A DNA stretch of 64,000 bases from Dehalococcoidia bacterium. GTDB taxonomy: Bacteria > Chloroflexota > Dehalococcoidia > Bin125. Position 1 is the first letter of the stretch; every line of letters starts with the position of its first letter. The DNA is taken from NCBI GenBank assembly GCA_963555985.3, contig OY820591.1, positions 2,432,001-2,496,000 on the forward strand, given 5' to 3'. Made by a program: the position numbers and the translations under genes. The notes under the pieces are model-generated. The model was not told where the DNA came from. It ran no database searches and saw only the letters and a list, made by a program, of their open reading frames with translations. This document shows positions 48,817 through 58,328 of this stretch, piece after piece.

Positions 48817-49076
48817 CTGCTCAGCCTCTCCTCAGTGCGGCTGCGGCCGCCTGCAACGCAATCGCTCACCAGTCTAGCGCCTGTCGCGTTCAGGGATGTT
48901 CAGCAACGGGTTCTCCACTACATGCGCCATGGCGCCGTACCTGACCAAGGCGAGGCCGGGGCTGGGCACAGTAGCGACTGCGCGATAGAGATCGCGCTGT
49001 CTGTCCGTCAGAAAAAAAATGGCGGGACTTGTGGGAGCGGTCGAACGCTCGGTTCAACCGCTTCGAGGTAGGGGTA

Positions 49077-49430
49077 TTACTGAGGCTCATCCTCTTCCTC
49101 CGTGCTTTCCTCGTCCTCCATCAGGGGGACGTCTTCGCCGCGCATCAGGGCGACGGCGATCGCGTGCGGGTGCAAGTGCAGCGCCTTCTTCTGCTCGGCG
49201 GTGAGCGGCGCTCCGGGCAGATTTGGGGAATGGTTGGGCCGGGGCGCGGGCTCGGGGTGGGGCGCGATGCCGAGCGCGTGGTGGATCTCGCGGCTCTTGG
49301 GGTTGGCCGGGGAGAGTTCGCGGCGCAGGATGGCGAAGGCTTGGGCGCGGACGTAGCCGGGTTCGCGCTTGCAGAAGGCGAGCTCGCCGACGCCGGCCAT
49401 GGCGGACTGGTAGCTGTAGTTGAAGGGCAT
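49077..49430 (-). CDS. Hypothetical protein
   Basis: 117 aa, GAGAGGA RBS, high-GC3 codons, acidic tail; no family recognised. Confidence 0.55.
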   Translation of the reverse strand: MPFNYSYQSAMAGVGELAFCKREPGYVRAQAFAILRRELSPANPKSREIHHALGIAPHPEPAPRPNHSPNLPGAPLTAEQKKALHLHPHAIAVALMRGEDVPLMEDEESTEEEDEPQ

Positions 49431-49542
49431 GGGTCCGGGTTCCTCTCTTGCTCAATGAAGGACACTTGATCTTATATGGATGGGTGTTCGGGTGGGTAAT
49501 TTGGGGGTGTGTCGTGGTTGGCAGAGGGTTGAGTGCTGGTCA

Positions 49543-49716
49543 CGGCGAGATACCCGCGACGGGGCGCGGGTATGACGGAACTTGTTTGGGGCGGGGATGA
49601 CGGAGGTGGGGATTTCGCAACGGTCTCCGCAGGCGGGAATCCGGATGCCATTCGAGACGCCGCATGGATTCCCGCGTTCGCGGGAATGACGGAGATGGGG
49701 ATCTACGCGCAGGTCT
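49543..49716. repeat. Composite cluster of family-A REPs with MITE-like ends
   Basis: Several hairpins plus two ATGACGGA..TGGGGAT...GGTCT modules matching the right end of the 25564-25687 element. Confidence 0.7.
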
Positions 49717-49839
49717 TCTCAAGGGGGAGATTTTGGGTTTGAGAGGGAGGGGGAGTGGGGAAGCGGTAAGACACTCTTCTCGGCCTCGGCGGTGGTGTTA
49801 CGGTGATCTTGGGCGGGGTTGGAGCCGACGGTTGGCTGG

Positions 49840-52197
49840 ATGATGTCTGCACTTGTTCGCATTGCGGTGCGTGGGGCGGCTTTGCTTGGGCTGGCCTGCT
49901 TGCTTTGCGCCTGCATCTTCGGCGGCGAATCCGAACGCGATCTGACCGAGTACTTCCCCCAGGCCAGCGAAGAGGTCACCACCAGCGAGACTGAGCAAGA
50001 GACCGCGCAGGCCGCGGCCGACGACCAAGAGGGCGTCTACACGCCTCCGCCGGAAGAGCTCGAAGACCTCTCTCGCGCTCCGGCCAGCGCCCAGGAAGCT
50101 GTTCAACGCTTCTTCCACCTGCTCGCCAGCGGACACTTGCAGGAAGCCTGGTCCACCACATCGTTGGAGACCAAAGAACGGATCAGCGCCGAAGATTTCG
50201 AGCGCCGCTACCGCGATATCTGGGCTGAAGCGACGATCGGCGGCTTCAGCTGGGAGCTCGTGCCCAACGACGACATCAACGCGCCCTCCTACGAGGTCAT
50301 CCTGCGCTACCAGACGACCTTCTTCGGGGAGATCGAAGAGCGCGTACACGCCCCGACCCTGCGCCAGCCGCACTGGGTCGTGCACTGGACGCCGGACCTG
50401 ATCTTCGCCGGGCTTGGCCCCAGCGGTTACCTCGTTCGCGCGCAAGTCGAAATCCCCACGCGCGGACTGGTCCTCGATCGCAACGGGCTCGTGCTTGCGG
50501 GCGTCGCTGAGTTCGCGGTCGTGGGCGTCTACTGGGACGCGATCACGGATGAGGAGGCCGTGGTGAACTTCTTCATCGAGCGCTTGGAGATGGAGGAAGA
50601 GATCGTCCGCGCGCTCGTCTACCAGGATTTGCCCTCGTATCAGTTCATCCCCGTTGCGGAGCTGGAGATCGGCACTCCTGCGGAGACGATTGCAGAGTTC
50701 GAGCAGCTCGCTTCGATGGGCATTCTCGTTCGGCGCGAGACGCGGCGTCACTATCCCTACGGCGAGCTCGCCTCGCACGTGATCGGCTATCTCCAGGAGA
50801 TCAATCCGACCGAGCTGGAAGAGCTCTTCGTTGAGGGCTACCGCGCCGGCGACATGATCGGGCGCGACGGGATCGAACAGTCCTTTGAGCGCGCCCTGGC
50901 CGGACGGCGGGGCGGTCATCTGGTGATCATCGACCCCGAAGGCCGCCCGATCCGCGAGATCACCTACCGGCCCGCGATCGCGGGCAGCAACATCCGGCTC
51001 ACGCTCGATGTGCGCGTGCAGCAACTCGCCGAAGCGGCGCTGGGCGATCAACCGGGCGCGGTCGTCGCGCTTGATCCGCGCAACGGACATGTCCTCGCGA
51101 TGGCCTCCTATCCCCGGATCAACTCCAATCACATCGTCGACGGCGTCACCCAGGCGGAGTACGACCTCTACTTCACCGATGTGCGCCAGCCGTTCATCAA
51201 CCGCGCGGTCGAACAGGTCTATGCGCCCGGTTCGACCTTCAAGACGGTCACGCTCGCAGCGGCGCTGGAGGAAGGCGGCTACGAGATCTCCGACCGGCTC
51301 GGCTGTCCGACCACGTGGATGGAGGTGGGCGACCAGCCGCTGCACAACTGGAAAGACAGCGACCAGGGCCGGATCACGCTCGCCCAAGCGTTGGCCGAGT
51401 CCTGCAACACCGTGTTCTACGAAGTCGGCCTACAGCTCGACCGCCGGGATCCCGAAATCTTGCCGCGAGTGGCGCGCGGTTTCGGCTTTGGCGAGCGCAC
51501 GGGGATCATCGGGCTGAGCGAGGAGAGCGGCATTATCCCCGGCCCGGCCTGGAAGGCGACGGCGCTGAACGACGCCTGGTACACCGGCGATACGATCAAC
51601 ATGAGCATCGGACAGGGCTTCGTCGCCGTGACTCCGTTGCAGGTCTCGAACGCTTACGCCGCGCTCGCCACCAACGGCGTGATCGCGACGCCGATGATCA
51701 TCCAATCGATCGAACCCTCCGGCGCGCCGCCGCAGACGATTGAGCGCCGCACCACCAATTTGATTCCCGTCTCAGGCGACACGCTGGAAGAGTTGCAGGC
51801 CGCCCTGCGCACCACGATCAGCCGCCCCTACGGCACCGGTTTCTACCAGTTCGAGGGCACTGTGCTCCGCGCCGCGGGCAAGTCCGGTACCGCCGAAGAC
51901 CAGGTGATCGACCCGGAAACGATCGCGGACGTGGACGACGAGGAGGCAGAGCAGGCAGAGGACGAGCAGAGCGACACAGCACAGGAAGAGTCGGCGCAAG
52001 AGCAGCAGGAGCAACAGGAGTCGGCCGATCAGCCGCTCTACTCGACCCACGCCTGGTTCTCGGCCTGGGCCAACTACGACGAGCCGCGCCTGGTGGTGAC
52101 GGTGGTGCTCGACGACGGCGCGTCCGGCACCGACGACGCCGGGCCGATCGCGCGGCGGGTGCTGGAAGGCGCAATTCTCAATGACTGGGTACCCTGA
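49840..52197 (+). CDS. Class B penicillin-binding protein (PBP2/MrdA-like) with MecA-type N-terminal domain
   Basis: RG.VLDRNG, R.YPYG, G.DGIE, GSTFK (SxxK), SCN (SxN), KSG, HAWF. Confidence 0.9.
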   Translation: MMSALVRIAVRGAALLGLACLLCACIFGGESERDLTEYFPQASEEVTTSETEQETAQAAADDQEGVYTPPPEELEDLSRAPASAQEAVQRFFHLLASGHLQEAWSTTSLETKERISAEDFERRYRDIWAEATIGGFSWELVPNDDINAPSYEVILRYQTTFFGEIEERVHAPTLRQPHWVVHWTPDLIFAGLGPSGYLVRAQVEIPTRGLVLDRNGLVLAGVAEFAVVGVYWDAITDEEAVVNFFIERLEMEEEIVRALVYQDLPSYQFIPVAELEIGTPAETIAEFEQLASMGILVRRETRRHYPYGELASHVIGYLQEINPTELEELFVEGYRAGDMIGRDGIEQSFERALAGRRGGHLVIIDPEGRPIREITYRPAIAGSNIRLTLDVRVQQLAEAALGDQPGAVVALDPRNGHVLAMASYPRINSNHIVDGVTQAEYDLYFTDVRQPFINRAVEQVYAPGSTFKTVTLAAALEEGGYEISDRLGCPTTWMEVGDQPLHNWKDSDQGRITLAQALAESCNTVFYEVGLQLDRRDPEILPRVARGFGFGERTGIIGLSEESGIIPGPAWKATALNDAWYTGDTINMSIGQGFVAVTPLQVSNAYAALATNGVIATPMIIQSIEPSGAPPQTIERRTTNLIPVSGDTLEELQAALRTTISRPYGTGFYQFEGTVLRAAGKSGTAEDQVIDPETIADVDDEEAEQAEDEQSDTAQEESAQEQQEQQESADQPLYSTHAWFSAWANYDEPRLVVTVVLDDGASGTDDAGPIARRVLEGAILNDWVP

Positions 52198-52201
52198 GCC
52201 G

Positions 52202-52633
52202 ATGCAGCGCTCACGCTTCCGCCGCCTCGTCCAGCAGGCGCTCGACGAAATCCCCGACGCGCTCTATGAGCGGATGGAGAACGTCGTCATCCTCGTTCGT
52301 AATCAGCCCACCGCCGAGGAACTCGAATCGGTCGGCCTCGGGCCGCGCCAGACCCTGCTCGGCCTCTACGTTGGGCGTCCGCTCACTTCGCGCGGTTGGT
52401 ACGGCGAGACCCTGCCCGATCGGATCATGATCTACCAGCAGCCGATCGAGTCGATCTGCCGGTCGGAGGCGGAAGTGGTGGAGCAGGTGCGCGAAACGGT
52501 GCTGCACGAAGTCGCGCACCACTTCGGGATCGACGACGATCGCCTGGACGAGATCGGGATCTCGCCGCCTCCCCGCGATCATGTCCGCGCCGCGATCAAC
52601 CTGAGCGAGCGCCGCCAGCCCTATCTCGAATAG
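52202..52633 (+). CDS. Zincin-like metallopeptidase (DUF1025/Zincin_1)
   Basis: LLGLY.G.PL, PDRI.IY, TVLHEVAHHFGIDD; start could be 52181. Confidence 0.88.
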   Translation: MQRSRFRRLVQQALDEIPDALYERMENVVILVRNQPTAEELESVGLGPRQTLLGLYVGRPLTSRGWYGETLPDRIMIYQQPIESICRSEAEVVEQVRETVLHEVAHHFGIDDDRLDEIGISPPPRDHVRAAINLSERRQPYLE

Positions 52634-53739
52634 CGCCGCAAGAGCCGCTCGACCGCAGCTGGCACCAGCTCGTCGGCGCGTGACATCGCCTCTTCGAGCG
52701 GCATCCCCGGCGGGGTTGAGGCTTCGCTGGCGACCAAACCGGGCAGTTGGGCGGAGCCTTCGACCAAGCCGGCGACGGCGACGCAGGGGACATTCGCCGC
52801 CTGCGCCAGCGACGCGACCCCGGCGACCGTCTTGCCGTATGCGGACTGGGTATCGAGCCGCCCCTCGCCGGTGATCACGAGATCGGCGTCCGCGATCCGC
52901 TCGGCCAGCCGAACGGCCTCCGAGACGGCGGCGAAGCCGGATACCAGCGTTGCGCCGCAGCAGGCCAGCAGGCCGGCCGCGAGTCCGCCTGCGGCTCCCG
53001 CGCCGGGTATGTCGGCGACCTTTGCGCCCAGATCGCGCTCCAGCACCGCCGCGTAGTTTGCCAAGGCGCGATCCAGCTCGAGCACGCAGGTTGGATCGGC
53101 GCCCTTTTGCGGGCCGTAGACGGCGCTCGCGCCTTCGGGGCCCAGGAGCGGATTCTGGACGTCGCAGAGGACTTGGAGCTCGACCGAGGGCAGCCGCGGA
53201 TCGAGACCGCTGACGTCGATCCGCGCCAATGTGGCCAGCGCCGCCCCGCCGGGGGGCAGACGCCGGCCGCGCTCGTCGTAGCATTTCGCGCCCAGCGCTT
53301 CGGCTGCGCCGGCGCCGCCGTCGTTGGTGGCGCTGCCACCGACGCCGATCAGGATTCGCTCCACTCGGGCGTCGAGCGCGTGGGTGATCAGCTGTCCGAC
53401 GCCGTGCGTGCTCGTGCGGCGCGGGTCTAGCTGGTGCTGCGAGAGCAGGGTGAGACCGGCCGCGGCGGCCATTTCGATCACTGCGGTGCGGCCGTTATCG
53501 ATTCGTCCCCAGCGGGCGTCCACGGGCGCGCCCAGCGGCCCGTCTACGCGCGCGATTGAGGTGCGACCATTGGCGGCTCGCACCAGGGCGGCCACGGTGC
53601 CCGGGCCGCCGTCGGCGAGCGGGGCGCTGTCGATTTCGGCGTCGGGCCAGACCCTGAGTACGCCTTCGCGGATGCGTTCGGCGGCTTCCAGCGCGGTGAG
53701 GCTGCCCTTGAACTCTTGCGGCGCGATCAGCACTCGCAT
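52621..53739 (-). CDS. Glycerate kinase (GlxK/GarK family)
   Basis: APQEFKGSL, ADGGPGT, GGSATNDGG, YGPQKGA, GAGAAGG, TGEGRLD.QS.YGK. Confidence 0.93.
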   Translation of the reverse strand: MRVLIAPQEFKGSLTALEAAERIREGVLRVWPDAEIDSAPLADGGPGTVAALVRAANGRTSIARVDGPLGAPVDARWGRIDNGRTAVIEMAAAAGLTLLSQHQLDPRRTSTHGVGQLITHALDARVERILIGVGGSATNDGGAGAAEALGAKCYDERGRRLPPGGAALATLARIDVSGLDPRLPSVELQVLCDVQNPLLGPEGASAVYGPQKGADPTCVLELDRALANYAAVLERDLGAKVADIPGAGAAGGLAAGLLACCGATLVSGFAAVSEAVRLAERIADADLVITGEGRLDTQSAYGKTVAGVASLAQAANVPCVAVAGLVEGSAQLPGLVASEASTPPGMPLEEAMSRADELVPAAVERLLRRYSR

Positions 53740-53742
53740 TGG

Positions 53743-53928
53743 TCAGTCGCCCGTGCCGATGCCCAGAATGCGCAGGATGCCGATGATCAGGATCGCCACT
53801 ACCGCGAGCAGAATCGCGAGCCGGATGCGGCGATAGACGGACAAGAGGTTGCCGAGGTTCAGCAGACCTCGCATGTAGAGCAGTGCGATCAGCACTGCGA
53901 TGACGACCAGACCGAGGATGATGCCCAC
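53743..53928 (-). CDS. Small two-TM membrane protein
   Basis: 61 aa from GTG 53928, two hydrophobic helices, ends 3 nt before glycerate kinase. Confidence 0.55.
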   Translation of the reverse strand: MGIILGLVVIAVLIALLYMRGLLNLGNLLSVYRRIRLAILLAVVAILIIGILRILGIGTGD

Positions 53929-53932
53929 AGCC

Positions 53933-54166
53933 CTATCGTACGCGCCGCCGCCGACTCTTCCCACGTGCTTCCGTTACAGCCTCGGGGCCAATCCGGTAGC
54001 CGCAGACCACGCAGACGCGCATTGCGCCGTGACCGCCCAGCGGACCGGCGCAATGCGGACAGACGCCGCTCTGCCGCCGGGGCTGTCCGCGCTCTGTCCG
54101 CCTGCGCGCGGCCGCGCCCAGAAACAGGGGCAACTGCGCTCCACGACTGATGGCCGGTTGCGACAT
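53933..54166 (-). CDS. Small basic zinc-ribbon protein
   Basis: CPHC-x12-CVVCGY; QLPLF motif near the N-terminus. Confidence 0.5.
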   Translation of the reverse strand: MSQPAISRGAQLPLFLGAAARRRTERGQPRRQSGVCPHCAGPLGGHGAMRVCVVCGYRIGPEAVTEARGKSRRRRVR

Positions 54167-54188
54167 GATCCCGCTCGTATTCGCTCGC

Positions 54189-54237
54189 GTACGTGCGTTC
54201 TGCCACTAAGGTAGGACGCTCGTGCGAACGTTGTCAA
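54189..54237 (-). promoter_or_regulatory. Sigma70-type promoter with a LexA(SOS)-like box
   Basis: Minus strand TTGACA-N18-TACCTT followed by AGAAC-GCAC-GTAC (54201-54189). Confidence 0.55.
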
Positions 54238-54265
54238 GCGGAATCAGACCCGATGTGTCAAGTAG

Positions 54266-54397
54266 TTACTGTTGGTCTTCCGGCCGATCGAGCCAATCCA
54301 CGAAATCCTTCATTCGCTCGTTCAGCCGCTCGTAGCGCCCGCGATCGGCCGCGAAGAGAATCCCAATGAACAGAATGGCCAGGCCGATCTCCAACAT
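54266..54397 (-). CDS. Small protein (43 aa) with N-terminal TM segment; below the ORF-track cutoff
   Basis: GGGAGG RBS, then MLEIGLAILFIGILFAADRGRYERLNERMKDFVDWLDRPEDQQ. Confidence 0.55.
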   Translation of the reverse strand: MLEIGLAILFIGILFAADRGRYERLNERMKDFVDWLDRPEDQQ

Positions 54398-54475
54398 CGT
54401 GCGCCTCCCGGACCTTGCGCCGGCATGATTGCGCCAATGCGACGCTTTCGCTCAGTATCGTAGAGCTTCCAGCTC

Positions 54476-55744
54476 ATGCCTAGTCCAACCAGACCACCGG
54501 TCGTCGCCGCGCTCACGCTCGGCTGCAAACTCAACCAGGCCGAGACGCAGCAGGCTGCGCGCGAGTTGCAGCGCCATGGCTGCGTGACGGTCGACCGCCC
54601 CAGCCGCGCCGACGCTTATCTGATCAATACCTGCACGATCACGCACGTCGCTGATCGCAAGGCGCGGCGTTTGATCCGGCTGGCGCAGAAGCTCTCGCCG
54701 GAGGCGCCGGTGATCGTCACGGGCTGTTATGCAGAACGCGACGGGGCTGCGCTTGCGCGGGACTTGAACGTGCGGGTTGTCGGCAATGCTGACAAGTCCA
54801 CCGCCGCTCGGAGCGTGCTGGACGCCCTCAGAGAGGTGTCGCTACCGGCGGCTGCTACGGAATCGCCAAGTTCGAGCGGACGCACGCGCGCCTTCCTCAA
54901 GATCCAGGAAGGCTGCGACGACGTCTGCGCGTTTTGCATCGTCCCCTACGTGCGCGGACGCGAACGCGCCCTGCCGATTCCTGAGATTGTCTCGCAAGCG
55001 CGGGAACGGGTGACGGAAGGCGTGCGAGAGCTCGTGCTCACCGGTACGCAGCCGGGCGCATATGGACGCGACCGCGACGACGGCGCGTCGGCTGCGCGCC
55101 TGATTGAAGCGCTGCTGGCAGAGACCGACGCGCCCCGCATTCGCTACTCCTCGATTCAGCCGCAGGACATCACGCCTGAGTTGCTCGCCTGCTGGGAGGA
55201 CGCGCGCATGTGCCGTCACTTCCACCTTGCGCTCCAGAGCGGGTCGGATCCGGTGCTGCGACGGATGCGACGCCGTTACAGCGCCGCCCAGTTCGAGCAG
55301 GCGGTCGCGCAGATTCGCACCGCCGTGCCGGGCGCGTCGATCACGACCGACATCATCGCCGGCTTCCCGGGCGAAACCGAGGCCGATCACGACGCCACCA
55401 TCGCGCTGATGGAGCGGGTGCGTTTCGCCGATGTGCATGTCTTCCCCTATTCGTCGCGGCCCAACACCTCGGCTTCACTGCTTCCCGACGATGTACCGCC
55501 GCCGCTCAAGCGCGAACGCGCCGCCCAGCTTCGGGCACTCGGACACGAGCACACACAGCAGTGGCGCAGCGCACAGATCGGGCACACGGCGCCGGTGTTG
55601 TTTGAGACCGACGATCGTGGTCTCAGCGACACCTATCTTCCCGTTCGCGCCGCCGAGAGCGCGGCGCGAGTGAACCGGATCATCCCCGTCCACATTGGCG
55701 CCCTGGACGACGACAGCCTCGAGCTGATCGGCGAGACCGCCTGA
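54476..55744 (+). CDS. mtaB: tRNA t6A methylthiotransferase (radical SAM)
   Basis: TLGCKLNQAE, INTCTIT..AD.K.R, VTGCYA, RTRAFLKIQEGCDDVCAFCIVP, HVFPYS.RP.T. Confidence 0.88.
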   Translation: MPSPTRPPVVAALTLGCKLNQAETQQAARELQRHGCVTVDRPSRADAYLINTCTITHVADRKARRLIRLAQKLSPEAPVIVTGCYAERDGAALARDLNVRVVGNADKSTAARSVLDALREVSLPAAATESPSSSGRTRAFLKIQEGCDDVCAFCIVPYVRGRERALPIPEIVSQARERVTEGVRELVLTGTQPGAYGRDRDDGASAARLIEALLAETDAPRIRYSSIQPQDITPELLACWEDARMCRHFHLALQSGSDPVLRRMRRRYSAAQFEQAVAQIRTAVPGASITTDIIAGFPGETEADHDATIALMERVRFADVHVFPYSSRPNTSASLLPDDVPPPLKRERAAQLRALGHEHTQQWRSAQIGHTAPVLFETDDRGLSDTYLPVRAAESAARVNRIIPVHIGALDDDSLELIGETA

Positions 55745-55749
55745 ACCTC

Positions 55750-56040
55750 ATGGTCATTACCGTCTTGCGCATCGAGTTGACGATCTTCGAGTCCGCCTCG
55801 CTCAAGGACAAGCGGGCGGTGGTGCGCCGCGTGCTCGACCGTGTGCGGAACAAGTTTCCGGTCGCCGCCTCCGAAGTCGGGCGGCAGGACGACCCCGCCT
55901 ACGCAACGCTCGCCTTCGCTGCGCTCTCCTCGGACGGGAAGATCTCGCACGCTACCGCTCAGAAGGTGCTCGCCTTCATTGAGGGTTTGCATATTGATGC
56001 GGAGATCACGGAGGTGGAGACGGAGTCGATCCAGCTCTGA
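55750..56040 (+). CDS. DUF503 family protein
   Basis: SLKDKRAVV, RNKFPVAASEV..QD. Confidence 0.88.
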   Translation: MVITVLRIELTIFESASLKDKRAVVRRVLDRVRNKFPVAASEVGRQDDPAYATLAFAALSSDGKISHATAQKVLAFIEGLHIDAEITEVETESIQL

Positions 56041-56053
56041 AAACCCCCGACTT

Positions 56054-56221
56054 CCGTCATACCCGCGCTTGTCGCGGGTATCTCGATGTGAGCAGCATGG
56101 AGCTCATGCACGGAGCGAGCGGTTTGGGAGAGGGTTTCCTCAGATTCAAACGACGGTGCAGCACTCGGCGAGATTCCCGCGGCGGAGCGCGGGAATGACG
56201 GAGAATGTTGCGGGTATGACG
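56054..56221. repeat. REP-like double palindrome, family A
   Basis: CCGTCATACCCGCGCTTGTCGCGGGTATCTCG ... CGAGATTCCCGCGGCGGAGCGCGGGAATGACGG, between convergent genes. Confidence 0.8.
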
Positions 56222-56252
56222 ATCGAGTATTGGACGTCAATCTGAACAGGCC

Positions 56253-57542
56253 CTAGCCGACTGGTTCGCCCCAGAGATCGTGACCCAGCGCTTGCGTGAT
56301 CCGCACGCTCGGCATTGAGCCCGGGTTGGCGACACCGGCGCTCAACACCAGCCCGTCCACCTCCGGCGCTTCGCGGTAGCTGCGCCCGGCGAAGATCGGC
56401 GTACCGTCATCGGCGGTCTGACCGGGCTCCGACTCGACCAGGACGGCCAACTCGCGTCCGACCTGCGCTTGGTTGTGTTCGGCGGCGATCTGGCCCAGCT
56501 CGCGCATCAGGCGCTCGTGGCGGCGCTGTTTCACCCGTTCCGAAACCTGTCCGCCCATCTTGGCGGCCGGCGTGCCCTCTTGCGGTGAATAGACGAACGC
56601 TCCGGCGCGATCGAACCGCACTGCACGTACGAAATCCAGCAACTCCCGGAATTCCGCCTTGGTTTCGCCCGGGAAACCGACGATGAAGGTCGTGCGCAGG
56701 GCCAAATCGGGCATTGCTTCGCGCAGACGCTCCAGCGTTCCCCGCACCATCGAGATGTTGTGCGGACGTTTCATCCGCCTGAGCACGCTCGGCGATCCGT
56801 GCTGGAGGGGAATATCGAGGTAGTTGCAGACCTGGGGCGTCTGCGCCATCACCTCGATCAGGCTGGGGGTGACGAAGCCGGGATAGGCGTACATCAGCCG
56901 CAGCCAGGCCGCGCCCGACTCCGCTGCCAGACGCTCCAACAATCGCGCCAATCCGTCGGCGTCGCCCCATTCGGAGCCGTAGGAGGTGCTGTCCTGCGCG
57001 ACGAGCACCAGTTCACGCGCGCCGCGAGCCGTCAGTTCACGCGCTTCGGCGACGATCGAATCGGGCGCCGCGCTGCGAAACTGGCGGCCCTTGATCGCGG
57101 GGATGTTGCAGAACGTGCAGGGACGCGCGCAGCCGTCGGAGATCTTGAGGTAGGCCGACGGTCCGACCGTGCCCGTCGCCGCAGTCGAGGCGGGGATATC
57201 CCGCTCCACCGGACCGGCGGCGGCTGCGATCTCGTCCCAGGCCTCGATCCCGAAGGTTGCGTCGATCCCGTCGATCTCAATTACCTGTTCGCGCTCGATC
57301 TGAGACCAACAGCCGACCACGAACAACTGCTGATCGGCTCGCTGTTCAGCAGCGAGAATTTCAGCCGCCTCAGCCGATTCCCGCTTCGCCTCGTCGATGA
57401 ACCCGCAGGTATTCAGGATCACGAGATCGGCGTCGAAGCGATCCGCGGTGAGTCGATGCCCGGCCGCCTCCAGCGCGCCTGCGATCCGAGTCGAATCGGT
57501 GGTGTTCTTGGGACAGCCGAGCGTGACCAGGTGATAGCGCAT
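56253..57542 (-). CDS. rimO: Ribosomal protein S12 methylthiotransferase
   Basis: LGCPKN..DS, NTCGFIDEAKRES, YLKISDGC..PCTFC.IP, WLRLMYAYP, YLDIPLQH, APEVDG. Confidence 0.95.
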   Translation of the reverse strand: MRYHLVTLGCPKNTTDSTRIAGALEAAGHRLTADRFDADLVILNTCGFIDEAKRESAEAAEILAAEQRADQQLFVVGCWSQIEREQVIEIDGIDATFGIEAWDEIAAAAGPVERDIPASTAATGTVGPSAYLKISDGCARPCTFCNIPAIKGRQFRSAAPDSIVAEARELTARGARELVLVAQDSTSYGSEWGDADGLARLLERLAAESGAAWLRLMYAYPGFVTPSLIEVMAQTPQVCNYLDIPLQHGSPSVLRRMKRPHNISMVRGTLERLREAMPDLALRTTFIVGFPGETKAEFRELLDFVRAVRFDRAGAFVYSPQEGTPAAKMGGQVSERVKQRRHERLMRELGQIAAEHNQAQVGRELAVLVESEPGQTADDGTPIFAGRSYREAPEVDGLVLSAGVANPGSMPSVRITQALGHDLWGEPVG

Positions 57543-57550
57543 GGGCAGCC

Positions 57551-58318
57551 TTACTCACCGGTCCTGGGACGCGGGCCCATGCTGACGACGAGGGTCACGA
57601 CGCTGCTAGTGGAGAGCGGAACGCCCGCGCTCGGAGACTGTTCCAAGACGACGCCCGCAGGGGTTTCGTCATAGACCTCGATCACGATGTAGGGCGTGCC
57701 GGTCAATTTTACGTAGTTGGTCGCCTCACGCGCGCTGTATTGGCGCAGATCGGGAAGCGGCTCGCTGCTCACCTCCGCACGCGAGAGCACGGCCTCGGCA
57801 GCAGCGGTCTCGTCGCCGCTTTCGTTGATCCCCGGCACCGAGCGCGCCTCTTCGACCGGCTCGACTTCGTCGCGCAAGCTGATCAGCGCGACCACACCCG
57901 CGATCACGACCAAGACCACCGCCGCCGCCGCGAGCCAGGGACCGAGCTGGATGCGCGGCCCGCGCAACTCGGTCGCCGTGCGCCCGCTGCGCACCAGTTC
58001 AGTCTCCGACTGGGCGGTCAGATCGGCCAACTGCAAGCCCTCGCCGGGCGCGGTCGGCTCGAACGGACACAGATCGAGCAGCGGCTTCGGATCCAGACCG
58101 AGGTATTGCGCATAGGAAGAGATGAAACCCCGCGCGTAGGTGGCGGCGGGCATCCGATCCCAATCTTCGGCCTCCATCGCTTCGAGGTAGCGCAGCGCGA
58201 TCCGGGTCGCCTGGTTCGCCTGCTGCAACGAGCGCCCGCGCCGGATTCGGGTCTGGCGCAGTTCTTCCCCGATGCCGAGATAGCCGCCCTCACCGTCGCC
58301 GTGTCCATAGACCGTCAT
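57551..58318 (-). CDS. RodZ-like HTH membrane protein with C-terminal PASTA domain
   Basis: GEELRQTR, TRI..RYLEAME, YARGFI.SYAQYLGLD, TM helix, PAGVVLEQSPSAG..VTLVVS.G. Confidence 0.85.
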   Translation of the reverse strand: MTVYGHGDGEGGYLGIGEELRQTRIRRGRSLQQANQATRIALRYLEAMEAEDWDRMPAATYARGFISSYAQYLGLDPKPLLDLCPFEPTAPGEGLQLADLTAQSETELVRSGRTATELRGPRIQLGPWLAAAAVVLVVIAGVVALISLRDEVEPVEEARSVPGINESGDETAAAEAVLSRAEVSSEPLPDLRQYSAREATNYVKLTGTPYIVIEVYDETPAGVVLEQSPSAGVPLSTSSVVTLVVSMGPRPRTGE

Positions 58319-58328
58319 GCCGCGTCCC

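Noticed and set aside
49010-49075. GTTCGA...CCCGCCA on the minus strand as a tRNA or tRNA remnant
   Set aside because: It cannot be folded into a cloverleaf.
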